Notes under the pieces: generated by a model
What the model saw: only the letters and a program-made list of their open reading frames with translations
Told to the model about the DNA's origin: nothing
Database searches by the model: none
Made by a program: the position numbers and the translations under genes
Part shown: one piece after another, positions 49,401-58,057 of the stretch
Numbering within the stretch: the first letter of the stretch is position 1
Layout: each line of letters starts with the position of its first letter
NCBI GenBank assembly: GCA_963809895.1
Contig: CAWELD010000003.1
Location: 416,001-480,000, forward strand
DNA: 64,000 bases
Source: an uncultured Gemmatimonadales bacterium
Lineage (GTDB): Bacteria; Gemmatimonadota; Gemmatimonadetes; Longimicrobiales; Gaopeijiaceae
Reading direction: 5' to 3'

Positions 49401-50528
49401 GCCGTCTTCGATGCCTTCAACCGCATGGTGCGACGCCTGCGTGGGGCTCGCCGGGACCTGGTGCGCACCACCCGGCGCACCCAGGCGATCGTGGACGACG
49501 CGGCCACGGGCGTCCTGGCCTTCGACGCCGAGGGTGCCGTGACCCTGGTCAACCCGCGTGCGCGGGAGCTTCTCCACCTGCCCCTCACCGTGGGCCGGCG
49601 ACTCCCCGAGGCCGAGGGTGCCGGTGGGGAGTTCGTGCGCTGGGTCGAGCTCTACTTCCGCGACGGGCTCCGCGAGGCCGCCACGGAGCTCCAGTCCGGC
49701 GAGCGGCGCATCCGGGCTCGAGCGCGCCGTATCGGCCAGGACAGCCCCGCGGGGGCGGTGGTGAGCCTCGAGGACGTGACCGACGAGCTGCGCACGGAGC
49801 GGGTGCTGGCCTGGGGTGAGATGGCGCGACAGGTGGCGCACGAGGTCAAGAATCCCCTCACCCCCATCAAGTTGAGCGTGCAGCACATTCGTCGGGCCTG
49901 GGAGGATCGTCGGACCGACTTCGACGCCATCCTGACCCGTAACGCCGACGCCATGCTGCGGGAAATCGACCGGCTGGCCGCCATCGCCACGAGCTTCTCG
50001 CGCTTCGGCGCTCCCCGCGCCGCCGGCGAACAGCCGCTGGGCCCGGTGAGGCTTCCGGAGATCGTCGCCGAGGTGATGGCGCTCTATTCCACCGGCGAGG
50101 GCCCCATCCGCTTCGTGGCGGATCTGCCTGCCGACCTGAGCCCGGTGGCCGCCCGCGGCCCCGAGGTCAAAGAGGTGCTGGTGAACCTGCTGGAGAACGC
50201 GCGGGCCGCCATCAGGGAGGGGGGTACCGTCCTGGTCCAGGGGTTCGTCGAGGGAGACCGGGTCGCGCTCCGGGTCGTGGACGACGGCACGGGGATCCCC
50301 GAAGCCATGCTCTCCAGGGTGTTCGAGCCCCACTTCTCCACGCGCTCCACCGGAACCGGACTGGGATTGGCCATCGTCCAGCGTCTGGTGGATGCCTGGG
50401 GGGCCAGCGTGACCGTGGAGAGCGAGGAAGGGGAGGGTACCATCGCCACGCTGCGCTTCAGGCCCTGGCGGGAGACCGTCGCCGACGGCGACAGGGGTGG
50501 CCCCGAGCATGACGATACGCGAAATTGA
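46491..50528 (+). CDS. Large membrane sensor histidine kinase (HAMP-PAS-HisKA-HATPase; NtrY-like core)
   Basis: Many TM segments; HAMP RPI..L..A...V.SG...DEFG...FNRM; H-box MARQVAHEVKNPLTPI; N-box NLLENA; DDGTGI; GTGLGL. Start uncertain (GTG 46491 or 46404). Confidence 0.92.
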   Translation: MSRARVLSALPWASLLAVAAWARWPHPGWLVAAAGCAVAALLLGAARGRRTAAGLILVLAAVAVGFWAEGRDSALARDFQGYWADRETQVFETLGQELSQVLDRATLAATTLAESAAGGNTPDRSEVVGIRRSSGMAAVAVYDGMGRLRTWDGVHRGPVPEEVQMGQVRYRYGERPLVSYFYVTVPVDGGGTAVAALLLRADLPTGSRGSRDFVSGIREHTGESIRITSADRAQSDDVFDYQWEGEVLFSVSLDRPGEAARRADYLAQARSWVVLLLAMGWLLTGLGAAGGPHRGWGAASVGLGLALLVPVTALPGLDRVGSPADVLLPGGLTLARLVLIVGAGVVAAGALRASNLWNARAPGAVIAVAAGFPLLVRIGSGGASSGFLAGAEAPWLVFTITLAGALGLVAWAALAAGRREGRRRVRVTLGVATTVLLSLGAAWWAVRRPGLPAWALSAWALPLWLLLPAGPRKGGRGAFLAWMLALLLGTSATLPWAWGSRIRARMAVAEVQLDRLGTSVDPYLQFLLERTAAAVDSLDAQGTVAVELLYEAWRQGGLADAGYPVWLTLWSPADFPSPELRIGFGSLPRPAVAASALDSARASGQAQVQRFELADAHYLLTVPLPGGRVVTGVVPPLRGAGGGASLLGPLFGSLSPAAAEPITLIPALASDSVRQRDSLRWVHLDGGWQGELALTYPGTLYHAHYRVALPGAMVTVARATLILALAALLFAVLWGVGRTLGDREGRWGVDARKALSSFRARVTLALFGFFALSNLIFGSLAYRTLAGASQRAARVLSERAVDDASGTYFEVQGEVHLLSRLVGSDLLEYRRGELLEGSVEELVELGLYEGWVPYDVYQGLSSRETLREVSTTDLGTWEYVTAYRRLPDPDGDILAAPVPLIAGATAVRSREVAHLLGLAVLLGGALSLGLALLVGRALTRPIQTLRVASERVGSGNLRVRLPAGRADEFGAVFDAFNRMVRRLRGARRDLVRTTRRTQAIVDDAATGVLAFDAEGAVTLVNPRARELLHLPLTVGRRLPEAEGAGGEFVRWVELYFRDGLREAATELQSGERRIRARARRIGQDSPAGAVVSLEDVTDELRTERVLAWGEMARQVAHEVKNPLTPIKLSVQHIRRAWEDRRTDFDAILTRNADAMLREIDRLAAIATSFSRFGAPRAAGEQPLGPVRLPEIVAEVMALYSTGEGPIRFVADLPADLSPVAARGPEVKEVLVNLLENARAAIREGGTVLVQGFVEGDRVALRVVDDGTGIPEAMLSRVFEPHFSTRSTGTGLGLAIVQRLVDAWGASVTVESEEGEGTIATLRFRPWRETVADGDRGGPEHDDTRN

Positions 50529-50618
50529 AAGACTCGCAGCCCTCCCCCCCGACCCATACTCAGACCCCTGGATTCGCTGGATTTCTCTCGCTGGATCGAG
50601 GATCGCGCGCGGCCTCTC

Positions 50619-51122
50619 GTGGAGCGTTGGCTCGCCGAGGTGGAAGGCCGTGATGCCGCGTGGAACGACGGCGTGCACGAGCTCATGGAGGCCTTCATGG
50701 AGCTCTTTCTGGAGTTGTTGCCGGCGTGCCTCGGCCCCCTGCGGGACCAGACCGATCCCCTGTGGCTGCAGACGGCGGAGCTGTTCGGCTCCTTCGCGGC
50801 GCAGCGAGGCCTGGCGGCGGGAGAGGTGATCGAAGAGTTCCAGGTGCTCCGGGAAGCCGTCATCCGGCTGCTGTGGGCGGATCCGCCCGCCGTGGCGTCC
50901 AACCGCACGGCGCTGCGCGAGGCCCTCCGTCTGAACCGCGTCCTGGACCGCGGCGTGACCCAGGCCTCGGTCGGTCACACCGACGCGCTCTTCTTCGCTC
51001 TCTTCCAGGGCTCGGGGGTACCGGAGCACCTCACCGACGACGCCCGCTACGAGATCCGGAACCAGCTCCAGGCCGTCCGCAAGGAGCTCAGGATCATCAG
51101 GGGGGCGGTGGGGATCCGCTGA
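50619..51122 (+). CDS. Hypothetical protein, RsbRD N-terminal / globin-like helical domain
   Basis: AELFG...AQRGLAAGEVIEEFQVLREAVIRLL...LNRVLD; the frame is open upstream to 50529 so the true start is uncertain. Confidence 0.65.
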   Translation: MERWLAEVEGRDAAWNDGVHELMEAFMELFLELLPACLGPLRDQTDPLWLQTAELFGSFAAQRGLAAGEVIEEFQVLREAVIRLLWADPPAVASNRTALREALRLNRVLDRGVTQASVGHTDALFFALFQGSGVPEHLTDDARYEIRNQLQAVRKELRIIRGAVGIR

Positions 51123-51142
51123 CACCTTTGGGGAGAGGACGC

Positions 51143-52642
51143 ATGCAGGATCCCGAGGCCCGACTGGCTCCGCCGACCGGTGACATGCCTCCGGAGGACT
51201 TCCGGCGTTTCGGTCACGAGGTGGTGGACTGGATCGCCGAATACCTGGCCCACGTGGAGGACCTGCCGGTCTTTCCCGACATCGAGCCGGGGTGGGTGCG
51301 GGAGCGCCTCCCCGACGCTCCGCCGGAGTCGGGCGAGGCGATGGGCGCCATGCTCGACGACTTCCGCCGGGTCATCGTGCCGGCCACGACCCACTGGAAC
51401 CACCCGTCCTTCCACGCCTACTTCTCCGTCACCGGCTCGGGTCCGGGGATCCTGGGCGAAATGCTCTCCGCCGCGCTCAACATCAACGCCATGGTGTGGC
51501 GCTCGTCTCCGGCGGGCACGGAGCTCGAGGAGCACACCCTCGATTGGTGGCGACAGATGCTGGGCCTGCCGGATGCGTTCCTCGGGACCATCAACGACAC
51601 GGCCTCCAGCAGTTCTCTGATCGCGCTGGCGGCGGCCCGGGAGGCCGGGTTGCCCGAAGCACGCCGGGACGGCCTCTTCGGCGCACCTCGCGCACGGATC
51701 TACTGCTCGGCCGAGGCCCACTCCTCCATCGACAAGGCCGGCGTGGTGCTGGGCTTCGGCCGCAGCGGCGTGCGCCGGGTGGCGGCGGACGACCGGTTCC
51801 AGATGGAGCCCGACGCGCTGCGGGCGGCGATCCGTGACGATGTGGAGGCCGGCGTGCGCCCACTTGCCGTGGTGGCCACGGTGGGCACCACCTCCACCAC
51901 CAGCGTGGACCCGGTGGACGCCATCGCCGACATCGCCGGGGAGCACGGCATGTGGCTCCACGTGGACGCGGCGTATGCCGGTCCCGCGGCGGTGGTTCCC
52001 GAGCTCTCACACCACTTCAACGGCTGGGAGCGGGCCGACTCCATCGTGGCGAACCCCCACAAGTGGCTCTTCACACCGGTGGATTGCTCGGTCCTGTACT
52101 GCCGGCGTCCCGACATGCTGCGGGCCGCCTTCAGCCTCACTCCCGAGTACCTGAAGACCAGGGAGCAGGGCGTCGGCACCAACCTCATGGACTACGGCAT
52201 CGCGCTGGGCCGCCGGTTCCGGGCGCTCAAGCTCTGGTTCGTGCTGCGGTACTTCGGACGAGAGGGCATCATCGCCCGCATCCGCGACCACGTGCAGATG
52301 GCCGACGAGGTGGCTGGCCGGATCGAGGGGGCTCCCGGCTGGGAGAGGGTCGCGCCGCACCCCTTCAGCACCGTGGTGTTCCGGTATGCGCCGGAGGGGG
52401 TCGCGCCGGAGGAGCAGGATCGATTGAACGAGGAGATTCTGGAACGGGTCAACCGCTCGGGCGAGGCCTTCCTCTCCCACTCGAAGCTGGGAGGGCGGAC
52501 GGTGATCCGCCTCGCGGTGGGGAACCTCAAGACCACCCGGGAGCACCTCGAGCGCACCTGGCAAGCGCTCCAACGGGCAGCGGCGGCGCTGGTCCGGGAC
52601 GTGTCCGACCCGGCCGCCGGGGGCGGCAGCTCAGCGTCCTGA
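51143..52642 (+). CDS. Group II PLP-dependent decarboxylase (aromatic-L-amino-acid decarboxylase-like)
   Basis: THWNHPSFHAYF, SPAGTELE, HSSIDKA, VGTTST.SVD, HVDAAY, NPHKW, LGRRFRALKLWF. Confidence 0.93.
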   Translation: MQDPEARLAPPTGDMPPEDFRRFGHEVVDWIAEYLAHVEDLPVFPDIEPGWVRERLPDAPPESGEAMGAMLDDFRRVIVPATTHWNHPSFHAYFSVTGSGPGILGEMLSAALNINAMVWRSSPAGTELEEHTLDWWRQMLGLPDAFLGTINDTASSSSLIALAAAREAGLPEARRDGLFGAPRARIYCSAEAHSSIDKAGVVLGFGRSGVRRVAADDRFQMEPDALRAAIRDDVEAGVRPLAVVATVGTTSTTSVDPVDAIADIAGEHGMWLHVDAAYAGPAAVVPELSHHFNGWERADSIVANPHKWLFTPVDCSVLYCRRPDMLRAAFSLTPEYLKTREQGVGTNLMDYGIALGRRFRALKLWFVLRYFGREGIIARIRDHVQMADEVAGRIEGAPGWERVAPHPFSTVVFRYAPEGVAPEEQDRLNEEILERVNRSGEAFLSHSKLGGRTVIRLAVGNLKTTREHLERTWQALQRAAAALVRDVSDPAAGGGSSAS

Positions 52643-53095
52643 GCGGCCTCCGTCGTGCCGGCGGAGCCTCTCCTCCAGATCGTCGCCCTTGGGCAGCGCC
52701 AGGGCCATGACCAGGACCGCCGCGCCGGCCAGCGCGGCGCCGGCCGCCACGTCGCCGGAGACCAGGATCATCATCCCTCCCAGGAGCCCCACGGCCTCTC
52801 GGAGCGCCATGCCCACCAGGGTGCCCGAGAAGTGCGCCCGTACGATGGCTTCCCGATCGGCGTGAGCGGGGCCCCGCCGGATCCGTCGCTCCAGGGCGCG
52901 CGCCGTGCCCAGGAAGACGATGGCGATCACCACTACGATCCCCCGGAGCAGCGGTGTGGTGGCCATATAGGGCGTCGTCGCCCCCCGCATGACGAGAAAC
53001 GACGCCACCCCGGCCAGGAGGATGACTCCCCCGGCCAGGGTGGCGGTGATGACGAGCTCGACCCGCAGCGGGCCAGCCACGTCGTCGTGGCTCAA
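52631..53095 (-). CDS. Hypothetical membrane protein
   Basis: About 4 TM segments; TTG start overlapping the pntB stop. Confidence 0.65.
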   Translation of the reverse strand: MSHDDVAGPLRVELVITATLAGGVILLAGVASFLVMRGATTPYMATTPLLRGIVVVIAIVFLGTARALERRIRRGPAHADREAIVRAHFSGTLVGMALREAVGLLGGMMILVSGDVAAGAALAGAAVLVMALALPKGDDLEERLRRHDGGRSGR

Positions 53096-54492
53096 GCTTC
53101 CCGGATCTCCTTCACCAGTCCGCTCATGGCGGCCTTGGCGTCGGAGAAGAACATCATGGTCTTGTCCATGTAGAAGAGCGGGTTGTCGATCCCGGCGAAT
53201 CCGGGGCTCAGGCTCCGCTTGATGACGATGACGTTCTTGGCCTTGTCCACGTCCAGGATGGGCATGCCCGCGATGATGGAGTCGGGATTGCGCGCCTCCG
53301 GGTTCACCACGTCGTTGGCCCCCACGAGCAGCACCACGTCCGTTCGCGAGAAGTCGTCGTTGATCTCGTCCAGGTCGTAGAGCTTGTCGTAGGGCACGTC
53401 GGCCTCGGCCAGGAGCACGTTCATGTGCCCCGGCATGCGGCCCGCCACCGGGTGGATGGCGTACTTCACGTCGATGCCCCGGTCCTCCAGCAGGTCCATG
53501 GCCTTCTTGAGCTCGTGCTGAGCCTGCGCCACGGCGAGCCCGTAGCCCGGCACCACGATGACGGACTGGGCGTAGGCCATGACCATCGCCGCCTGTTCCG
53601 CGTCGACGCTGCGCACGGGCTTGTCACCGGACGACACCGCCGCCTTGGCGCCCTCGGTCCCGAAGGCTCCGAAGGCCACGTTGGCCAAGGACCGGTTCAT
53701 GGCCTTGCACATGAGCATGGTGAGGAACAGCCCGGCGGCGCCCACCAGGGCCCCGGAGATGATCAGCACCATGTTGCCGATGATGAAGCCCGCCGCCGAG
53801 GCGGCCAGCCCCGAGTACGAGTTCAACAAGCTGATCACCACCGGCATGTCCGCGCCCCCGATGGGGATCACGAGCAGGATCCCCAGGAGGAGCGAGAGGA
53901 TGGTGAAGATCAGGAAGACCGTGAGCGGGGTGAGGGATCCCAGGGGATAGGCGATGGAGATGACCACGCCCAGCACCAGGATCCCCAGGAAGATCAGCGC
54001 ATTGAGGGTCTTCTGCAGCGGGTAGGTCACCGGGTTGCCGGTCACCATGCCGTTGAGCTTTCCGAAGGCCACGAAGCTTCCGGAGAAGGTCACACCGCCG
54101 ATGAGCATGGACAGGGCGATGGTGACACCCGCCGCCAGGTCCATGCTGGTACCGGCGTGGTGGAGCCGGGTGAACTCCGCGGCGGCCACCAGCGCCGACG
54201 CGCCACCTCCGAAGCCGTTGAAGGCGCCGACCATCTCGGGCATGGAGGTCATCTTCACGGTCCGCGCGGCGACGGCCCCGATCAGGCCACCGACGACGAT
54301 CCCGATGAGGATGCCGGTCCAGCTGACGATCTGGTTGTCCACCAGCGTGGCCACGATGGCCAGGAGCATGGCTGCGGCGGCCAGCGCATTTCCTTGACGG
54401 GCCGTGGCGGGCGACTGCATGCGCTTGAGACCCACCACGAACAGGATGGCGGAGAGGAGGTAAGCCAGCTCCACCCAGGTCGAGAGATCCAT
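53092..54492 (-). CDS. pntB: NAD(P) transhydrogenase subunit beta
   Basis: MPEMVGAFNGFGG, IGGADMPVVISLLNSYSG, VPGYG, HPVAGRMPGHMNVLLAEA, GANDVVNP. Confidence 0.98.
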   Translation of the reverse strand: MDLSTWVELAYLLSAILFVVGLKRMQSPATARQGNALAAAAMLLAIVATLVDNQIVSWTGILIGIVVGGLIGAVAARTVKMTSMPEMVGAFNGFGGGASALVAAAEFTRLHHAGTSMDLAAGVTIALSMLIGGVTFSGSFVAFGKLNGMVTGNPVTYPLQKTLNALIFLGILVLGVVISIAYPLGSLTPLTVFLIFTILSLLLGILLVIPIGGADMPVVISLLNSYSGLAASAAGFIIGNMVLIISGALVGAAGLFLTMLMCKAMNRSLANVAFGAFGTEGAKAAVSSGDKPVRSVDAEQAAMVMAYAQSVIVVPGYGLAVAQAQHELKKAMDLLEDRGIDVKYAIHPVAGRMPGHMNVLLAEADVPYDKLYDLDEINDDFSRTDVVLLVGANDVVNPEARNPDSIIAGMPILDVDKAKNVIVIKRSLSPGFAGIDNPLFYMDKTMMFFSDAKAAMSGLVKEIREA

Positions 54493-54521
54493 TCTCTAGC
54501 CTCTCTTCTATCGCGATGGGG

Positions 54522-54800
54522 TCAGTTTTTCTTGAACATGTGGAGCATGCGGTCGGTGACCATGAAGCCACCCACCACGTTGATCGTGGCCATGGCGATG
54601 CCCACCACGCCCAGCACCTCCACCAGCATCGTGTCCGCCTGCGCCGACACCACCAACGCGCCGATGATGGCGATTCCGCTGATGGCGTTGGCCCCGGACA
54701 TGAGGGGGGTGTGGAGCGTCGGTGGCACTTTGCCGATGACCTCGCGTCCGGCCAGGGTGGCCAGGACGAAGACGTACAACCCGATCAGCATCTCTCCCAT
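54522..54800 (-). CDS. pntAB: NAD(P) transhydrogenase subunit alpha part 2
   Basis: VPPTLHTPLMSGANAISG...INVVGGFMVTDRML; GAGGAG RBS before ATG 54800. Confidence 0.96.
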   Translation of the reverse strand: MGEMLIGLYVFVLATLAGREVIGKVPPTLHTPLMSGANAISGIAIIGALVVSAQADTMLVEVLGVVGIAMATINVVGGFMVTDRMLHMFKKN

Positions 54801-54814
54801 GGAGATCTCCTCGC

Positions 54815-55960
54815 TCAATCGGCCGAAGGCGCGGCAGCGAGCCGCTCCTTCGTGGGCTCATGTCGGACCTCGCCTCCGTGGGTGAGGCAGGACGGGCCCA
54901 GGATATCGTTCTCGAAGTCCAGCTTGAGGTTGCCCTCGTCGACCATCTCCAGGAGGAGCATGGCGATGTTGCGGGCGTACATCTGGCTGGCGTGTACCGG
55001 CAGGGTCGCCGGCAGGTTCAGGGGTCCCATGACCTTCACGCCATGGACCTCCACCACCTCGCCGGGCTTGCTGCCCGCACAGTTGCCGCCCGACGCCGCG
55101 GCCAGGTCCACGACCACCGAGCCGGGGCGCATGCTCTTCAGCATCTCCTCGGTGATGAGCAGCGGAGCGTCTCGCCCAGGGATCTGCGCCGTGGTGATGA
55201 CCAGATCGGTGTCGTGGACGTGGCTCGCGATGAGCTCCAGCTCCCGCTGGTGCTGCTCTTCGCTCAGCTCCTTGGCGTAGCCCCCCTCGCCCTCGGCCGA
55301 CACGTCGTGCTCTGTCTCCAGGAAGGTGGCGCCCAGGCTTTCCACCTGCTCTTTCACGGCCGGACGCACGTCGAAGGCTTCCACCTTGGCCCCCAGACGC
55401 CGGGCCGTGGCGATGGCCTGCAGCCCCGCGACGCCCGCGCCCAGTACCATGACCTTGCCGGGCCGGATGGTGCCGGCCGCGGTCATGAACATGGGCAGGA
55501 ACTTGTCCAGGTTGTCTGCGCCCATGAGCACGGCCTTGTAGCCGGCCACCGTGGCCTGTGACGACAGGGCGTCCATGCGCTGCGCCCGCGTGGTCCGGGG
55601 CACGAGCTCCATGGAGAAGGAAGTGAGGTTGTGGTCCGCCATGCCCTGGACGATGTCCAGGTTGGCGAACGGGGACATGAAGCCGATGATCACGGTGCCC
55701 TCGGCGAAGCCCGCTACCTCGTCCATGGTAGGGGGCTGGACCTTCAGGACCACCTCGGCCCCGGAAAGCACCGAGGAGGCGTCGCCCAGCCGGGCACCCG
55801 CCTCCTCGTATTCGGCGTCCGCGTAGCGGGCCGAGACGCCCGCTCCCGCCTGGACGGCCACCTCCAGGCCGTGTTTTTCCACCAGCTCCCGTACGAGAGA
55901 GGGAACCAGCGCCACCCGGCGTTCGCCGGGCCGCGTCTCTGCGAGGACGGCGACCTTCAT
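54815..55960 (-). CDS. pntAA: NAD(P) transhydrogenase subunit alpha part 1
   Basis: ERRVALVP, RTTRAQRMDALSSQ, GAGVAGLQAIATA, EGGYAKE, GGNC. Confidence 0.97.
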   Translation of the reverse strand: MKVAVLAETRPGERRVALVPSLVRELVEKHGLEVAVQAGAGVSARYADAEYEEAGARLGDASSVLSGAEVVLKVQPPTMDEVAGFAEGTVIIGFMSPFANLDIVQGMADHNLTSFSMELVPRTTRAQRMDALSSQATVAGYKAVLMGADNLDKFLPMFMTAAGTIRPGKVMVLGAGVAGLQAIATARRLGAKVEAFDVRPAVKEQVESLGATFLETEHDVSAEGEGGYAKELSEEQHQRELELIASHVHDTDLVITTAQIPGRDAPLLITEEMLKSMRPGSVVVDLAAASGGNCAGSKPGEVVEVHGVKVMGPLNLPATLPVHASQMYARNIAMLLLEMVDEGNLKLDFENDILGPSCLTHGGEVRHEPTKERLAAAPSAD

Positions 55961-56295
55961 GGGCGCGCTCCGATGCAGGTGCGACGTAGGGTTTCGGAAA
56001 GCGTTGCCCGCGCCTTCCGTCGCCGGAGGGACATCTCCGGCGCAATCTCCGGATGAAGCTAGACGGCCCGGGGGGTCCATTCTGTCGGGGGATTCCTCCA
56101 CCCCCTGTGGGGTCCTTTCCCACAACCCCGGCGCGGCCGACGCGTGCCAACCTATCCGGCCCACACCGCTGGCCGCAACGGAGGGTGGACCGACGACCCG
56201 CTACGAGGTTCGCTTGCGCGGGGCGGGGCGGCGGCGCACGCTATGGCGGTTCCCGCCCTTCTGGCGCCGCGGCACCCACCCGCCTGGAGTCCTGG

Positions 56296-57990
56296 ATGAT
56301 GCCCACGCACCTCGATCGTCGATCCTTCATGGGGTACTTCTCCGCCATCGGACTCGGTGGCACGCTTCTGCCCGGAGTCCTGTGGGCCAGGAGCCAGGAG
56401 GTCCAGGATATCACCACGGCCATGATCGCCGACGCCGAGGAGCTGGCGGGGCTCTCCTTCACCGAGGAAGAACGGGAGATGATGCTCCGGGGGCTGGAGA
56501 ACAATCGTCAGGCCTACCGAGCGCTCCGCGCGCAGGACCTTCCCAACGGGATCCCCCCCGCCGTGGTCTTCGATCCCGCGCTGCCCGGTCGTGCGCCGGC
56601 GCCGGGACCCGACCGGGTACGACCGTCGCGTCGGCCCGACGTGCTCGAGCCGGGAACGGTGGAAGAGGTGGCCTTCTGGCCCGTGACCTGGCTGTCCGAG
56701 CTCATCCGCACCCGTCAGGTGTCGTCGGAGGAGCTGACCCGGATGTACCTCGATCGCCTGGAGCGCCACGGACCCACGCTGGAAGCGGTCATCACCCTCA
56801 CCGAGGACCGGGCCCTGCGGCAGGCGCGGCAGGCCGACGACGACATCGCCCACGGTCGCTGGCGGGGTCCTCTCCACGGCATTCCGTGGGGGGCCAAGGA
56901 CCTCCTGTCGGTGAAGGACTATCCCACGACCTGGGGAGCACAGCCCTACCAGACCCAGGTGATCGACGAGGACGCCACCGTGGTGCGCCGGCTCGACGAA
57001 GCCGGCGCGGTCCTCGTGGCCAAGCTGACCCTCGGCGCCCTGGCCATGGGCGACTACTGGTACGGCGGCCGCACGCGCAATCCCTGGAACCTGGAGCAGG
57101 GATCGTCGGGCTCGTCGGCGGGGCCCGCCGCCGCGGCCGTGGCCGGGCTGGTGGGCTTCACCATCGGCACCGAGACGCTGGGCTCCATCGTGTCGCCCTC
57201 CACGCGCACCGGGGCCACCGGCCTCCGGCCCACCTTCGGACGGGTGAGCCGGCACGGGGCCATGGCCCTCTCCTGGACCATGGACAAGCTGGGACCGATC
57301 TGCCGGTCCGCGGAGGATTGCGCGCTGGTCTTCCACGCCATCCACGGCGCCGACGGCAAGGACCCGACGGCTCGGACCGTTCCATTCGACTGGGATGCCG
57401 AAGCCCCGCTGGACGACCTGCGCGTGGGCTACCTGGCGGCGGCTTTCGAGGACGACAATGCCAACTCCGCTTTCGACCGGGCGGCGTTGGAGGTGGTGCG
57501 CGGGCTCGGCGTGGAGCCGGTGCCGGTGGCGCTTCCCGACGACTTTCCCCTGGGACCCCTGCGCGTGATCCTAAACGCAGAGGCGGCGGCGGCCTTCGAC
57601 GACCTCACCCGGTCCGGCCGGGACGACGAGCTCGTGCGCCAGACCCCGGGAAGCTGGCCCAACTCCTTCCGTACCGCGCGCTTCATTCCGGCGGTGGAGT
57701 ACATCCAGGCCAACCGCGTGCGGACCATGGTCATGGGCGCGCTGGCGGCGGCCCTGGACGGCATCGATGTCTTCGTATCACCGTCCTTCGCCGGCGATCT
57801 CCTGCTCATGACGAACCTCACGGGACACCCGGTGGTGGTGCTGCCCCACGGCTTCAACGACGCGGGCTCGCCGGTGAGCTTCTCCTTCGTGGGCAACCTC
57901 TACCGGGACGCGGAGGCGCTGCGCCTGGCGCGGGCCTATCAGGAGGCCACCGACTTCCACCGCAAGCACCCGCCGCTCTTCGGAGGCTGA
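56296..57990 (+). CDS. Amidase-signature family amidase with Tat signal
   Basis: DRRSFMG twin-arginine motif; GPLHGIPWGAKD, GSSGSSAG, IGTETLGSI. Confidence 0.92.
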   Translation: MMPTHLDRRSFMGYFSAIGLGGTLLPGVLWARSQEVQDITTAMIADAEELAGLSFTEEEREMMLRGLENNRQAYRALRAQDLPNGIPPAVVFDPALPGRAPAPGPDRVRPSRRPDVLEPGTVEEVAFWPVTWLSELIRTRQVSSEELTRMYLDRLERHGPTLEAVITLTEDRALRQARQADDDIAHGRWRGPLHGIPWGAKDLLSVKDYPTTWGAQPYQTQVIDEDATVVRRLDEAGAVLVAKLTLGALAMGDYWYGGRTRNPWNLEQGSSGSSAGPAAAAVAGLVGFTIGTETLGSIVSPSTRTGATGLRPTFGRVSRHGAMALSWTMDKLGPICRSAEDCALVFHAIHGADGKDPTARTVPFDWDAEAPLDDLRVGYLAAAFEDDNANSAFDRAALEVVRGLGVEPVPVALPDDFPLGPLRVILNAEAAAAFDDLTRSGRDDELVRQTPGSWPNSFRTARFIPAVEYIQANRVRTMVMGALAAALDGIDVFVSPSFAGDLLLMTNLTGHPVVVLPHGFNDAGSPVSFSFVGNLYRDAEALRLARAYQEATDFHRKHPPLFGG

Positions 57991-58057
57991 GCGCCCGGCC
58001 TCCCAGCGGGACCCATCGAGGCATTCCAGCGCCCGGGCTCCCGTGCCTTCGTGATGC

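Noticed and set aside
50526..50560. Selenocysteine or programmed readthrough of the kinase TGA
   Set aside because: No SECIS-like hairpin follows and the kinase domain is already complete.
56106..56124. Rex operator upstream of pntA
   Set aside because: TGTG and CACA are 11 bp apart rather than 8, and the AT-rich core is missing.
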